NCBI GenBank assembly: GCA_024685565.1
Contig: JAIKVQ010000182.1
Span: 11,672 to 75,671 of the forward strand
Direction of reading: 5' to 3'
DNA length: 64,000 nt
Source: Bacillota bacterium
GTDB taxonomy: Bacteria; Bacillota; Clostridia; UBA1381
The notes below the pieces were generated by a model. That model ran no database searches. It had not been told where the DNA came from and worked only from the letters and a program-made list of their open reading frames with translations. Position numbers and translations under genes: made by a program. Of this stretch, positions 33,332 through 42,720 are shown in pieces (the stretch's first letter is position 1; the number at the start of each line of letters is the position of its first letter).

Positions 33332-33829
33332 ATGACCGAGCAAGAAAAAAGAATGCACCGTTGTTGTTTTACAGGACACAGACCCGAAAAACTTAATGTG
33401 CCTGAAGCTGAAGTAAAAGCAGGATTAAAAAAGGAAATCCTACAGGCGGTTAATGATGGTATGTATGTCTTTATTACAGGTATGGCTCGTGGCGTTGATA
33501 TTTGGGCGGCGCAGATTGTTTTGGAGCTTCGAGAAAAGAATTCTGAAATCAAACTTATGTGCGCCATTCCTCATCCTGACTTTGAAAAACGGTGGAGTGC
33601 AGATTGGCAGGAGCAATACAATTTTATACTTCAAAATGCTGACCATTCCGTTATGGTCAGTAAAGCGTACAGCCGTAGTTGTTATCAAGTGCGGAACGAA
33701 TGGATGGTAAACCACAGCAATCGTGTCATAGCAGTTTTTAACGGTGAGAAAAGCGGCACAAAAAACACCGTAGACTATGCCAACAAACATGGCATCGAAA
33801 TAAAAAATATAATATCTATTATAAAATAA
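33332..33829 (+). CDS. SLOG-family protein (DUF1273, YoqJ-like)
   Basis: CCFTGHRPEKL...FITGMARGVDIWAAQIV...AVFNGEKSGTKNTV. Confidence 0.7.
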   Translation: MTEQEKRMHRCCFTGHRPEKLNVPEAEVKAGLKKEILQAVNDGMYVFITGMARGVDIWAAQIVLELREKNSEIKLMCAIPHPDFEKRWSADWQEQYNFILQNADHSVMVSKAYSRSCYQVRNEWMVNHSNRVIAVFNGEKSGTKNTVDYANKHGIEIKNIISIIK

Positions 33830-33852
33830 ATATTTGCAAACGCAAAGATTTA

Positions 33853-33881
33853 TTGACAATTTTACAGTTTTGTGATATAAT
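33853..33881 (+). promoter_or_regulatory. consensus extended -10 promoter of the HTH/helicase/MTase operon
   Basis: TTGACA 33853-33858, 17-nt spacer ending TGA, TATAAT 33876-33881. Confidence 0.7.
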
Positions 33882-33903
33882 ATAAAATCATAATTTAGAG
33901 GTG

Positions 33904-34134
33904 ATGAATTTGAAAGTAAGCTACGGAAAACTCTTCAAAATATTAACTGATAGAAATATGACAAAAGGCGAATTATTAACCCTTGCAGGGGTGTCACCTA
34001 ATTCGATGGCAAAGCTGTCAAAGAATAAAAATGTAAGTATGGATGTTTTAATTAAAGTGTGCACGGCACTTAACGTTGACATCGGTGATATAGTTGAGCT
34101 TATTCCCGACAATCAAGCTTCAAACAACGAGTAA
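33904..34134 (+). CDS. small XRE/Cro-type HTH protein (possible controller protein)
   Basis: ...LTDRNMTKGELLTLAGVSPNSMAKLSKNKNVSMDVLIKVCTALNVDIGDIVE. The exact start is ambiguous (ATG 33904 or TTG 33910). Confidence 0.7.
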   Translation: MNLKVSYGKLFKILTDRNMTKGELLTLAGVSPNSMAKLSKNKNVSMDVLIKVCTALNVDIGDIVELIPDNQASNNE

Positions 34135-34152
34135 AAGAAATGAAAGGAACAA

Positions 34153-37100
34153 ATGAATATGATACAGAATGATTTGAAGTTTTTTACCAATGAGCCTGAA
34201 CGTGACCTTTATAGCAGGTTTTCCACCATATTAAAGAGCAACACACAATTCTTTGATGTTTTAGTGGGATACTTTAGAACGAGTGGCTTTTTCAAGTTGT
34301 ATGAAGCTCTCGATACCGTTGAGAGTATTCGTGTTTTAGTCGGTTTGAATGTAGACAAATATACCGTCAAAATACTCGACCAAGCAAGAGAAGAACTTTC
34401 TATAACCTCCGCTTCTGCCGTTGAGAGCAAAGAATTACTGACAAAAGAAATCGAGACAGAATTTGAATTGTCCGATGCAACCTCCGAAGTTGAAAAAGGT
34501 GTTAGATATTTTATCGATTGGCTGAAAAGCGGAAAACTCCAAATGAGAATGTATACCGATGCACCTATTCATGCAAAGGTGTATATCATGAGAAAAGACC
34601 CAGAAAAAGTGCCTGATATGTACGGAAGCGTAATAACGGGGTCAAGCAATTTTTCGGAAGCAGGTCTTCTCAATAATTTGGAATTCAATGTTGAACTTAA
34701 GGATTCGGCTGATGTAAAATTTGCATTGGCTCGTTTTGAAGATTTATGGGAACGAAGCGTTGATGTAAGAGATACATATATAGAAGCTGTCGAAAAAAAC
34801 ACATGGATGCGAAATGATATAACCCCATATCAATTATATTTGAAAACGCTTTATGAGTTTTTTAAAGAAGAAATTAACGCTGATAAAGAGAACTTTGAAA
34901 CGCTCCTTCCCGAAGGTTATATGAGGCTCCAATACCAAATAGATGCTGTTACACAAGCCCGAAAGAAACTTGATGCTTATAATGGCGTTTTTATATCTGA
35001 TGTGGTCGGTCTCGGAAAGACTTATATTTGCGCCATGCTTGCAAATTCATTCAAGCGAGACACATATAAATTGTTTATATGCCCACCTGTCCTTGTTGAC
35101 TATTGGAGGGGCGTTCTACAGGAATTTGATGTGTCACGATGTGATGTAGAATCGCTTGGTAAACTCGATAAAATAATAGCTCGTGGGACTGATAAATACA
35201 GTTATGTATTTATTGACGAAGCTCACAGGTTTAGAAATAGCGGGACAGATAGCTTCACAAACCTACACCAGATTTGTCGAGGAAAAAAAGTTGTCCTTAT
35301 TTCCGCTACGCCCATAAATAATTATACGAGCGATATAGAAAATCAAATATACCTTTTCCAAGCGAAACAAAGCGGTACAATCAATGGAATTAAAAACATT
35401 GAAGGCTTCTTCCGTGGATTAAACTCAAAGCTCACGCAAAAAGCAAAGGGTACACCTGAATATATGAGACAACTGCGAGAAAATTCCGAGGTTATTAGGG
35501 ATAAACTCATTCGGGAGGTTATGATAAGGCGAACAAGGTCTGAAGTACAGAAATACTATAAAGATGACCTTGAAAAACAAGGACTTTCTTTCCCAACAGC
35601 AGGAAGCCCTGAACGAGTTATATATGAATTTGACGAGCAGACTGACGAAACATTCAAAGAAACCATAGAGGCAATTAAGGACTTTAAATATGCCCGTTAT
35701 ACACCCTTGCTCTTTTTAAAGGACAAAGAAAAGTATGCACAAATGTTGGTAGCGCAACGTAACATGGGTGGTTTCATGAAAGGCATTCTTGTTAAGAGAC
35801 TTGAAAGCAGTTTTTATGCCTTCAAAATGACACTTAACAGGTTCATTGAATCCTATGAAAAGTTTATAAAAATGGTCAAGGCTGGCAAAGTATACATAAG
35901 CAAGAAAGTAAATGTTTATGATTTGCTTGATGATGGCAACACGGAAAAACTCATGTATTTAATTGAGCAAGAAGACATCATGGTGTTTAACACTTCCGAA
36001 TTCGAGCCGAGATTCATCAAACTACTGGAGATGGATTTAGCACAACTTAAATACTTGAGAGACTTGTGGGAATTAATAAAAAACGACCCAAAAATAGAAA
36101 AGTTTAAGGATGAGCTTACAAGCAACCCAATAATCCGTGATAAAAAAGTTATTGTATTTACCGAATCAACAGAAACTGCTGAATATTTGCACGATGGTTT
36201 AAAGGACACATACGGAGATAGAATTGTTTATTTCAGCGGTCAAAGCAGTAATGCTCTAAAAAGTGACATTGAGGACAGTTTTAACCCGAAATACAAAGAC
36301 AAAGACAACGATAAGTATGACATTTTAATCACAACCGATGTATTGGCAGAAGGTATTAACTTACATAGAGCAAATATACTGTTTAACTATGACCTCCCGT
36401 GGAATCCAACGAGAATAATGCAAAGGGTTGGTAGAATTAATCGTGTCGGGACTGAATTTGAAAGAATTTATGTATATAACTTCTTTCCAACTTCTCAAAG
36501 CGCAAAGCATATACCATTGGAAGAGAGAATTTTAGAAAAACTGCAATCCTTCCATGACACGCTTGGCGAAGATTATAAATACCTTTCAGACGCTGAAGAG
36601 GTTTCACCTCAAAAACTGTTTTCTGACCTTTCTCAAAATCTTGACGATGAGGAGGAAAGTACAAATCCCGAACTGGCGTATTTGACTATTATTCGTCAAA
36701 TAAGAGATAATGAGCCTGAATTATTTGCAAAAATAAAACGGCTTCCCAAAAAAGCAAAAGCAGGAAAACACGCTGTGTCGAATGCGGATTCGACTGTATC
36801 ATTCATAAGAAAAGGTGCATTAAAACTGTTTTTTGAAACAAAAGACGGAGAAACAGAACAGCGTACCTTTATGGAAGCAATACAAAAAATTGAATCCGAC
36901 AAAGACGAAAAAGCTGTATCTGTGGCATCCTTGTACTATGACCATCTTAAAGCAAACAGTGATGCATTTGATAAGGCACTCATTGCGGAGGAAGAAATCA
37001 CTATAGAGCGACCAATGGTAGCAGGTAATGATGCAAAAGTTATTAAAACCCTCAAGGCAATGAAATCTGACAATCGTCTTACCGATGAGCAAGAGGCGAC

Positions 37101-37332
37101 AATAGACTTGCTTATTAAACGATGGGAAGACGGCGAAATCCCTGCAAAAATATCAAAGGACATTGTTAAAACAGTAAAATTAGCATCTGATGTTTTGACT
37201 TTGTATTACGACATAATGAAATTGATTCCCGATTCTTATCTTGAAGAAAGAAAGGAAAACAAAAAAACCGTTGACGGCGAAAAACAAATTGTTCTCTCTT
37301 GTTACATGAAAGGCGGTAGCAATAATGGCTGA
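34153..37332 (+). CDS. PLD-family (HKD) nuclease domain fused to SNF2/SF2 helicase
   Basis: HKD motif APIHAKVYIM...GSSNFS. Helicase motifs DVVGLGKT, DEAHRFRN, SATPINN, QRVGRINRVG. Confidence 0.85.
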   Translation: MNMIQNDLKFFTNEPERDLYSRFSTILKSNTQFFDVLVGYFRTSGFFKLYEALDTVESIRVLVGLNVDKYTVKILDQAREELSITSASAVESKELLTKEIETEFELSDATSEVEKGVRYFIDWLKSGKLQMRMYTDAPIHAKVYIMRKDPEKVPDMYGSVITGSSNFSEAGLLNNLEFNVELKDSADVKFALARFEDLWERSVDVRDTYIEAVEKNTWMRNDITPYQLYLKTLYEFFKEEINADKENFETLLPEGYMRLQYQIDAVTQARKKLDAYNGVFISDVVGLGKTYICAMLANSFKRDTYKLFICPPVLVDYWRGVLQEFDVSRCDVESLGKLDKIIARGTDKYSYVFIDEAHRFRNSGTDSFTNLHQICRGKKVVLISATPINNYTSDIENQIYLFQAKQSGTINGIKNIEGFFRGLNSKLTQKAKGTPEYMRQLRENSEVIRDKLIREVMIRRTRSEVQKYYKDDLEKQGLSFPTAGSPERVIYEFDEQTDETFKETIEAIKDFKYARYTPLLFLKDKEKYAQMLVAQRNMGGFMKGILVKRLESSFYAFKMTLNRFIESYEKFIKMVKAGKVYISKKVNVYDLLDDGNTEKLMYLIEQEDIMVFNTSEFEPRFIKLLEMDLAQLKYLRDLWELIKNDPKIEKFKDELTSNPIIRDKKVIVFTESTETAEYLHDGLKDTYGDRIVYFSGQSSNALKSDIEDSFNPKYKDKDNDKYDILITTDVLAEGINLHRANILFNYDLPWNPTRIMQRVGRINRVGTEFERIYVYNFFPTSQSAKHIPLEERILEKLQSFHDTLGEDYKYLSDAEEVSPQKLFSDLSQNLDDEEESTNPELAYLTIIRQIRDNEPELFAKIKRLPKKAKAGKHAVSNADSTVSFIRKGALKLFFETKDGETEQRTFMEAIQKIESDKDEKAVSVASLYYDHLKANSDAFDKALIAEEEITIERPMVAGNDAKVIKTLKAMKSDNRLTDEQEATIDLLIKRWEDGEIPAKISKDIVKTVKLASDVLTLYYDIMKLIPDSYLEERKENKKTVDGEKQIVLSCYMKGGSNNG

Positions 37333-40300
37333 TGCAACAATAAAAAAGGTCGAAAGAATATTAACAAGCGAATACTCTACACAAAATTTCCTTTCATTAG
37401 TACAGGAAATCTTCGCAACATTTAAAATAATTGCGCCGAATAGTTTTAGGAAAGAATTTACAAATTTTTCTTCTCATATAGAGGGGTCAACTCACATCGG
37501 CGATTATGTGACAGACGATAATGAAAAGATAGCAGTATTCTCTGTGCAACTAAAAAAGGATGCATTTGTCGAAAGGTCGAGAAGCACTCAGCGTAATTAT
37601 GCAAAGAAGCTAATTGAAAGTGGTAACTGTGAAGCGGCTCTCGTTGCTTTTTATACAGATGATAACCCCAAATGGAGACTATCTTTTGTCCGCCTTGATT
37701 ATCAGATGAGAATTGAAAAAGGCTCTTTGAAAGCTGTAGAGAATTTAACTCCTGCAAAGCGGTATTCGTATCTTGTGGGAAAAGATGAGCCTTGCCACAC
37801 AGCTATCGACCATTTAAGGTGTTTTATAGTTGATAGCAATTCTAAACCGAGCCTGTCCGATATAGAAGAGGCTTTCAGCGTAGAAAAGGTTACTAAAGAA
37901 TTCTTTGATTTATATAGAGAAAAATATTTACAGTTGCGAGAACACCTGGACGACAACGCTGATTTTGTAGCCGAATCCCAAAAATGTGGTTTTTCTTCAG
38001 AACAGTTTGCGAAAAAATTAATGGGTCAAATTGTCTTTTTGTATTTTCTTCAGAAAAAAGGATGGCTTGGCGTTCATGCATGGAAAAGCATATTAACTGA
38101 AAAAGAGTATAAAAATGTATTTTTCGTTTCAGGGGCGCAAGGACGAATTATAAAAGAGTATTTGCCAAAGGTGTATACATTACAAGCCGATGGTACATAT
38201 AAACTTAATTCAAGAGCTTTAGATGAAATACCTGATGATGCGGAAGAACTTATTGCAAACAATGTTAAAAGCGAAGAGACTTGGGGCGATGGCTCACGCC
38301 GCTTTTTAAGAACGCTTTTTAATTATTCACAAACACATAAAAAACATTTTTACGAAGAATACCTTGAGCCACTTTTCTACGATACATTAAACCGAAACCG
38401 TGGTGTATGGGGTTACTGCCCTGCTTTGCATTGTAGAATTCCATTTCTTTCGGGTGGGTTGTTTGAGCCACTTGATGGCTACGATTGGAAATCAAACTAT
38501 TTTGATATTCCTGATGAAATGTTTTCAAATAAAAAAGATGAATATGACCTTGATGCTGACGGCATTCTTGACATTTTTGATAGGTATAATTTTACAATGA
38601 GTGAAGACGAGCCGATGGAACGGGAAGTTGCTATTGACCCTGAAATGCTCGGAAAGGTTTTTGAAAATCTATTAGAGGTAAAAGACCGCAAATCAAGTGG
38701 CTCATTTTACACTCCCCGTGAAATCGTACATTATATGTGTCGGGAAAGCCTGATTAACTATCTTACTAAAAAAACGGATATTTCTGAAACTGCTATTCGT
38801 GATTTTATTATTTACGGCGATTTTATGAAAGATGAGGATACAGACCAAAGAAAGCGTGAATTAAATGATGGTTTGTATATTTCAGAAGAAATATTCAAAA
38901 TGGATATTGCAAGTAACACCGTGACGTTTAGCCGCATAAAGGAAATTGATGATGCGCTCGCTTCAGTAAAGATAGCAGACCCAGCTGTTGGGTCGGGAGC
39001 GTTTCCTCTTGGTATGATAAACGAAATAGTTAGAGCACGAGAAAACATTTCAGCTTATATGAGTATTTCTATGAATAAGCAAGCTCGTTGGTTTATGTAT
39101 AGTAATGACCGTTCTCCCTATGCGCTGAAAATTCATACCATAAAGAATTCAATATTTGCTGTTGATATTGAGCCTTCGGCGGTAGATATAACGCAATTAC
39201 GCTTGTGGCTGTCAATTGTAATAGATGATGAAATTAATCCTAAAGCCACTAATGAATTAGATGGGCATAAAAATCCGTTGCCGCTTCCTAATTTAGAGTG
39301 CAATATTCTGTGCGGAAATAGTTTGATTGATGAGTTTGAAGGTATAAAGCTGATTAATGAAAGTGACCTTATTGGTACATCAAAGGCAAACAGTCAAATC
39401 GATTTGAATCAAAATGCTTTTGAGGCTATACTAAAGAAAATGCTTGAAAAGCAGGACGAGTTATTCCGCTGTGATGATACACTTAAAAAGGAGGAATTAA
39501 AGAAAAGCATACAAGGCTACAAAGATTCAATCATTGAAGGACAATTGTTATTAAGCAGTAATGAAATCAAAGAAAAATACCAAATTGCCATCAAGCAAAG
39601 CTCTTTACCTTTTGTTCTGTGGCAGTTAGATTTTGCTCGTGTATTTAAGGAAAATGGCGGATTTGATATAGTGATTGGTAATCCCCCGTATGTTTCTACA
39701 AAAAAAGTTTCAAACGAAGACAAAAAGATATATGAACGAGTTTTCGGTTTTTCTGACGACACATATAATATGTTTACTTTTAGAGGCATGAGTATACTGA
39801 AAAATGGAGGGTCGTTAAGCTATATTATTCCAAAAACATTTTGGACTACTCAAACGAAACGAAACATGAGAGATTTGCTGTTGCAAAATACTATAGCTTA
39901 CATTTTTGATACCGCAAATCCGTTTGAAAGTGCGATGGTCGACACTTGCATAATCCATGTTATTAAAACACCGTTTACGGAAGACCACACTCTGAGTTTT
40001 ATGGATGGAAGTCAGGATTTATCAAAACCAGTCAAAATGTTTGTAAAACAGTCTGCTTTTATAAACACGCAGAATTCTGTTATTTTTAAGCCGACAGAGT
40101 TTAATTTGAGAATTAACGAAAAGTATGGCAAAACTGTAAAAGAATTATATGACAAATGGTGGGATAAAATTAAAACCTCTAAAGACATAGAAAAGAACAA
40201 AAAAGAATTAGCGCAATATAGAGATGGGTTAAAGCCAGGCGATATAGCACTTCTCGGATGTTTAACCGAAGGTGGTCAGGGGCTTGCAACCGCAAACAAT

Positions 40301-41161
40301 GGTAAATATATTGCGGTCAGAAAAAGCACGAAATGGGCAAATAACATTATGGCTTCTCGCCCTGCAAAATTACTTATGGCAATAGAGGAAAACAATATAC
40401 CCATAGGCAAATTATCTCCCTACTCTTCCGTCGAGGATTTCTTTGCAAATGCAGATGAATGCAAAATTGCCGAGTTGTTTGATTCATTAAAAGAAGAATA
40501 TGGAAGGGACATTTTTGGGCAGGGCTATATCTATAGATTGATTGATGACTCAGAATTGGCTGATGTTGATTCATTAACCCGTGATGAAAAAGAAAATGGA
40601 ATAGACACAACAAAGTGTTACTATGTCCCGTATGACAAAGGGGATAAAGATGGAAACAGATGGTATCTTGAAACCCCATTTGCAATAGCATGGTCTAAAG
40701 AAAATGTCCGTTTTTTGAAGACTGACCCCAAAGCACGATATCAGGGCTATTCGTTCTATTTTAGGGAGGGTTTTTGTTGGAGTGATATCAACACAACTTA
40801 TCTGAAATGCAGAATAAAAGGTAAAAGCGTAAATGATGTAAAAAGCATGAGCCTATATGGAATGACAAGCAAAGCACCTGAGTGCTATATTGTAGCCTTA
40901 ATTAATTCAGCTATGTTCAGTTTTTATGTTGACTCGTTTGTTAATAATACGCAGACTTTCCAAATAAACGATGCTCGACAATTACCGATAAAAATCCCTA
41001 ATGATAAAGAATTGGCAAAAATAACCTCTCTCTTCGATGAAGCTGTACAACTGAAAAAGGATTATTTTGCCAATCTCATATCACTTGAAAAATCAGATGA
41101 AGCCCTTAAAGCCATCCAAGAAAAGCTTGATTCTGCAGTATTAGATATCTATGCCATATAA
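37325..41161 (+). CDS. Eco57I/Type IIG-like N6-adenine DNA methyltransferase with C-terminal TaqI_C/HsdS-like specificity region
   Basis: 1278 aa. ADPAVGSGAFP (motif I) and VIGNPPYVS (motif IV). C-terminal ...VALINSAMFSFYV...INDARQLPIKIP. Overlaps the helicase stop by 8 nt. Confidence 0.85.
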   Translation: MADATIKKVERILTSEYSTQNFLSLVQEIFATFKIIAPNSFRKEFTNFSSHIEGSTHIGDYVTDDNEKIAVFSVQLKKDAFVERSRSTQRNYAKKLIESGNCEAALVAFYTDDNPKWRLSFVRLDYQMRIEKGSLKAVENLTPAKRYSYLVGKDEPCHTAIDHLRCFIVDSNSKPSLSDIEEAFSVEKVTKEFFDLYREKYLQLREHLDDNADFVAESQKCGFSSEQFAKKLMGQIVFLYFLQKKGWLGVHAWKSILTEKEYKNVFFVSGAQGRIIKEYLPKVYTLQADGTYKLNSRALDEIPDDAEELIANNVKSEETWGDGSRRFLRTLFNYSQTHKKHFYEEYLEPLFYDTLNRNRGVWGYCPALHCRIPFLSGGLFEPLDGYDWKSNYFDIPDEMFSNKKDEYDLDADGILDIFDRYNFTMSEDEPMEREVAIDPEMLGKVFENLLEVKDRKSSGSFYTPREIVHYMCRESLINYLTKKTDISETAIRDFIIYGDFMKDEDTDQRKRELNDGLYISEEIFKMDIASNTVTFSRIKEIDDALASVKIADPAVGSGAFPLGMINEIVRARENISAYMSISMNKQARWFMYSNDRSPYALKIHTIKNSIFAVDIEPSAVDITQLRLWLSIVIDDEINPKATNELDGHKNPLPLPNLECNILCGNSLIDEFEGIKLINESDLIGTSKANSQIDLNQNAFEAILKKMLEKQDELFRCDDTLKKEELKKSIQGYKDSIIEGQLLLSSNEIKEKYQIAIKQSSLPFVLWQLDFARVFKENGGFDIVIGNPPYVSTKKVSNEDKKIYERVFGFSDDTYNMFTFRGMSILKNGGSLSYIIPKTFWTTQTKRNMRDLLLQNTIAYIFDTANPFESAMVDTCIIHVIKTPFTEDHTLSFMDGSQDLSKPVKMFVKQSAFINTQNSVIFKPTEFNLRINEKYGKTVKELYDKWWDKIKTSKDIEKNKKELAQYRDGLKPGDIALLGCLTEGGQGLATANNGKYIAVRKSTKWANNIMASRPAKLLMAIEENNIPIGKLSPYSSVEDFFANADECKIAELFDSLKEEYGRDIFGQGYIYRLIDDSELADVDSLTRDEKENGIDTTKCYYVPYDKGDKDGNRWYLETPFAIAWSKENVRFLKTDPKARYQGYSFYFREGFCWSDINTTYLKCRIKGKSVNDVKSMSLYGMTSKAPECYIVALINSAMFSFYVDSFVNNTQTFQINDARQLPIKIPNDKELAKITSLFDEAVQLKKDYFANLISLEKSDEALKAIQEKLDSAVLDIYAI
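40753..40781. repeat. inverted repeat, left copy (inside the MTase gene)
   Basis: GTTCTATTTTAGGGAGGGTTTTTGTTGGA. Matches the reverse complement of 41521..41549 at 27/29 positions. Confidence 0.9.
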
Positions 41162-41605
41162 AAGATTAATAGCTACATCCAAATCGGATTCAATTAATTC
41201 AAAAGATTTTGTATCCGATTTGGATGAAAAATCTTGCTTTTTTAAACTATATATTTCTTCAAACAGAGTCATTATTATATCAAGCTCCTTTTCGTTTGGA
41301 ATAATAATGGGGATTTGTCTTAAATCATTAATCTGTATGTTTACTGTACAGTTGATAAACTCTCTGTAATAATCAAAAATAAGATTTGAGTTTAATACTG
41401 ACACAAAGAATGCATTAGGTAACGCCGAGACAGAATATAACGACATTGCGCCAACATCGTTGACCGTTGCTGATTTTAGTTTTACCTTAAGTAATCGTGC
41501 ATTCGGGTTTAAAACATTATTCCAACAAAAGCCCTCCCTAAAATTGAACTGCGGATTTCTAACGACAGGCATACCTGAGCCTTTTTTACCCGAATTTGTC
41601 TTCAA
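41141..41605 (-). other. silent alternative C-terminal cassette of the MTase (no credible start/SD)
   Basis: Aligns with the MTase C-terminal ~135 aa (FREGFCW, VNDV.(S/A)MSLY, LNS, IND.RQ.PI.IPN.KEL, LKK.(Y/D)F). Tail-to-tail overlap of 21 nt with the MTase stop. Confidence 0.7.
41521..41549. repeat. inverted repeat, right copy (inside the cassette)
   Basis: TCCAACAAAAGCCCTCCCTAAAATTGAAC, the reverse complement of the left copy with 2 mismatches. Confidence 0.9.
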
Positions 41606-41627
41606 AAAACGGAGGTTTTTGTTGGAC

Positions 41628-42278
41628 TCAGTATATACCTCGTTCCCACTTGTTTGTCTGTGTTAATTGCGGCAATCGCAAACCAGTATATGCCATATAA
41701 CGATAAAGCGTCCCTTTAGCAACATTGATTTCTTTAGCAATGCACGGGATAGAAACCCCTGAATTATATAATTGAGTGATATACTCATGATTATTCACAC
41801 AGTTATTATTCAACTTCTTGTTTCTACAACCTTGGATTCTACCTATATGCTTTCCTTCCGATTTAATCCTTGCCAGGGCTTCTTTCGTTCTCTGACTAAT
41901 TAGGTTTCTTTCGATTTCAGCGGAAAGCCCAAATGCAAAGGCTAATACCTTGCTTTGTATATCATCTCCCAATCTGTAATTATCTTTAATTGTCCATACC
42001 TTGCATTCCTTGCTCATGCAAATGTTAAGTATTTCCATAATCATAAAGAGGTTTCTACCCAACCTGGATAACTCTGTGCATATTATCATGTCGTCTTTTG
42101 ATATTTTTGATAAAAGATTCCCAAGCTCTCTTTTTGAATAAGACTTTGTTCCACTTATTGTTTCTTCTATCCAACCTCCTATTGCTATTTTATTTGCTTC
42201 ACAAAATGCTTTTATTTCAAAACGTTGGTTTTCCACCGTTTGTTTATCACTACTAACCCGAATATAACCATAAATCAT
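41628..42278 (-). CDS. small serine recombinase (resolvase/invertase, Hin/Gin-like)
   Basis: MIYGYIRVSSDKQ catalytic Ser motif, ...SRLGRN..., C-terminal HTH (IAKEINVAKGTLYRY). 216 aa. Confidence 0.85.
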   Translation of the reverse strand: MIYGYIRVSSDKQTVENQRFEIKAFCEANKIAIGGWIEETISGTKSYSKRELGNLLSKISKDDMIICTELSRLGRNLFMIMEILNICMSKECKVWTIKDNYRLGDDIQSKVLAFAFGLSAEIERNLISQRTKEALARIKSEGKHIGRIQGCRNKKLNNNCVNNHEYITQLYNSGVSIPCIAKEINVAKGTLYRYMAYTGLRLPQLTQTNKWERGIY

Positions 42279-42314
42279 GTGAATTCACCCCCTTTCTCAA
42301 AAGGGATATTGCTA

Positions 42315-42357
42315 AAAAGAGCCCTATTATAAGGCGACTTATAATAAGGCTCTTTTT
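42315..42357. terminator. long bidirectional-type hairpin terminator
   Basis: AAAAAGAGCCCTATTATAAGG cga CTTATAATAAGGCTCTTTTT. Confidence 0.7.
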
Positions 42358-42381
42358 CTATTATTCGTTTTGACAAACAAC

Positions 42382-42714
42382 TTAGGTTTGTATTATTTCA
42401 ATCAGGCGTTTCAAAATCGGATTGACCTGACCTTTTTCTTTCCGTTCTCTAAATGAGCCATTGCTGAAGTGGTCTTCACGCAGGAGCATTGTTAAAAGCG
42501 CACCACACACATCAAAATCTGCATTCGGCAATCGCTTCAATTCCTCGTCCACATCAATAGGCTCCGTAATCATATAATCATAATAATTATGTTTTAATGC
42601 TCCGACCGATTCCAACACAGAATAATACTCATCCTCACGCACAAAACCGTCCCGAAGTAGAGATTGCAAAGCCTGTATTCTTCCATCAATATTCAATGTG
42701 CGGCACACCTCCAA
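42382..42714 (-). CDS. hypothetical protein (about 105-110 aa) co-transcribed with the DUF262/DUF1524 gene
   Basis: ORF directly downstream of the GmrSD-like gene. TTG starts at 42714 or 42696, near GGAGGTG. Confidence 0.5.
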   Translation of the reverse strand: MEVCRTLNIDGRIQALQSLLRDGFVREDEYYSVLESVGALKHNYYDYMITEPIDVDEELKRLPNADFDVCGALLTMLLREDHFSNGSFRERKEKGQVNPILKRLIEIIQT

Positions 42715-42720
42715 TTCAAT

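Noticed and set aside
33853-41161. Calling the helicase/MTase operon DISARM or BREX
   Set aside because: The core markers are absent from the window: drmA/drmB (DUF1998) for DISARM, and pglZ/brxC/brxL for BREX. Only the domain repertoire overlaps.
41141-41605. Independent 154-aa gene (truncated methylase paralogue)
   Set aside because: It has no SD and no sensible start context, begins 23 nt after the invertase stop, and matches only the MTase C-terminus with a shared inverted repeat. It is better explained as a silent invertible cassette, though a decaying duplicate cannot be excluded.
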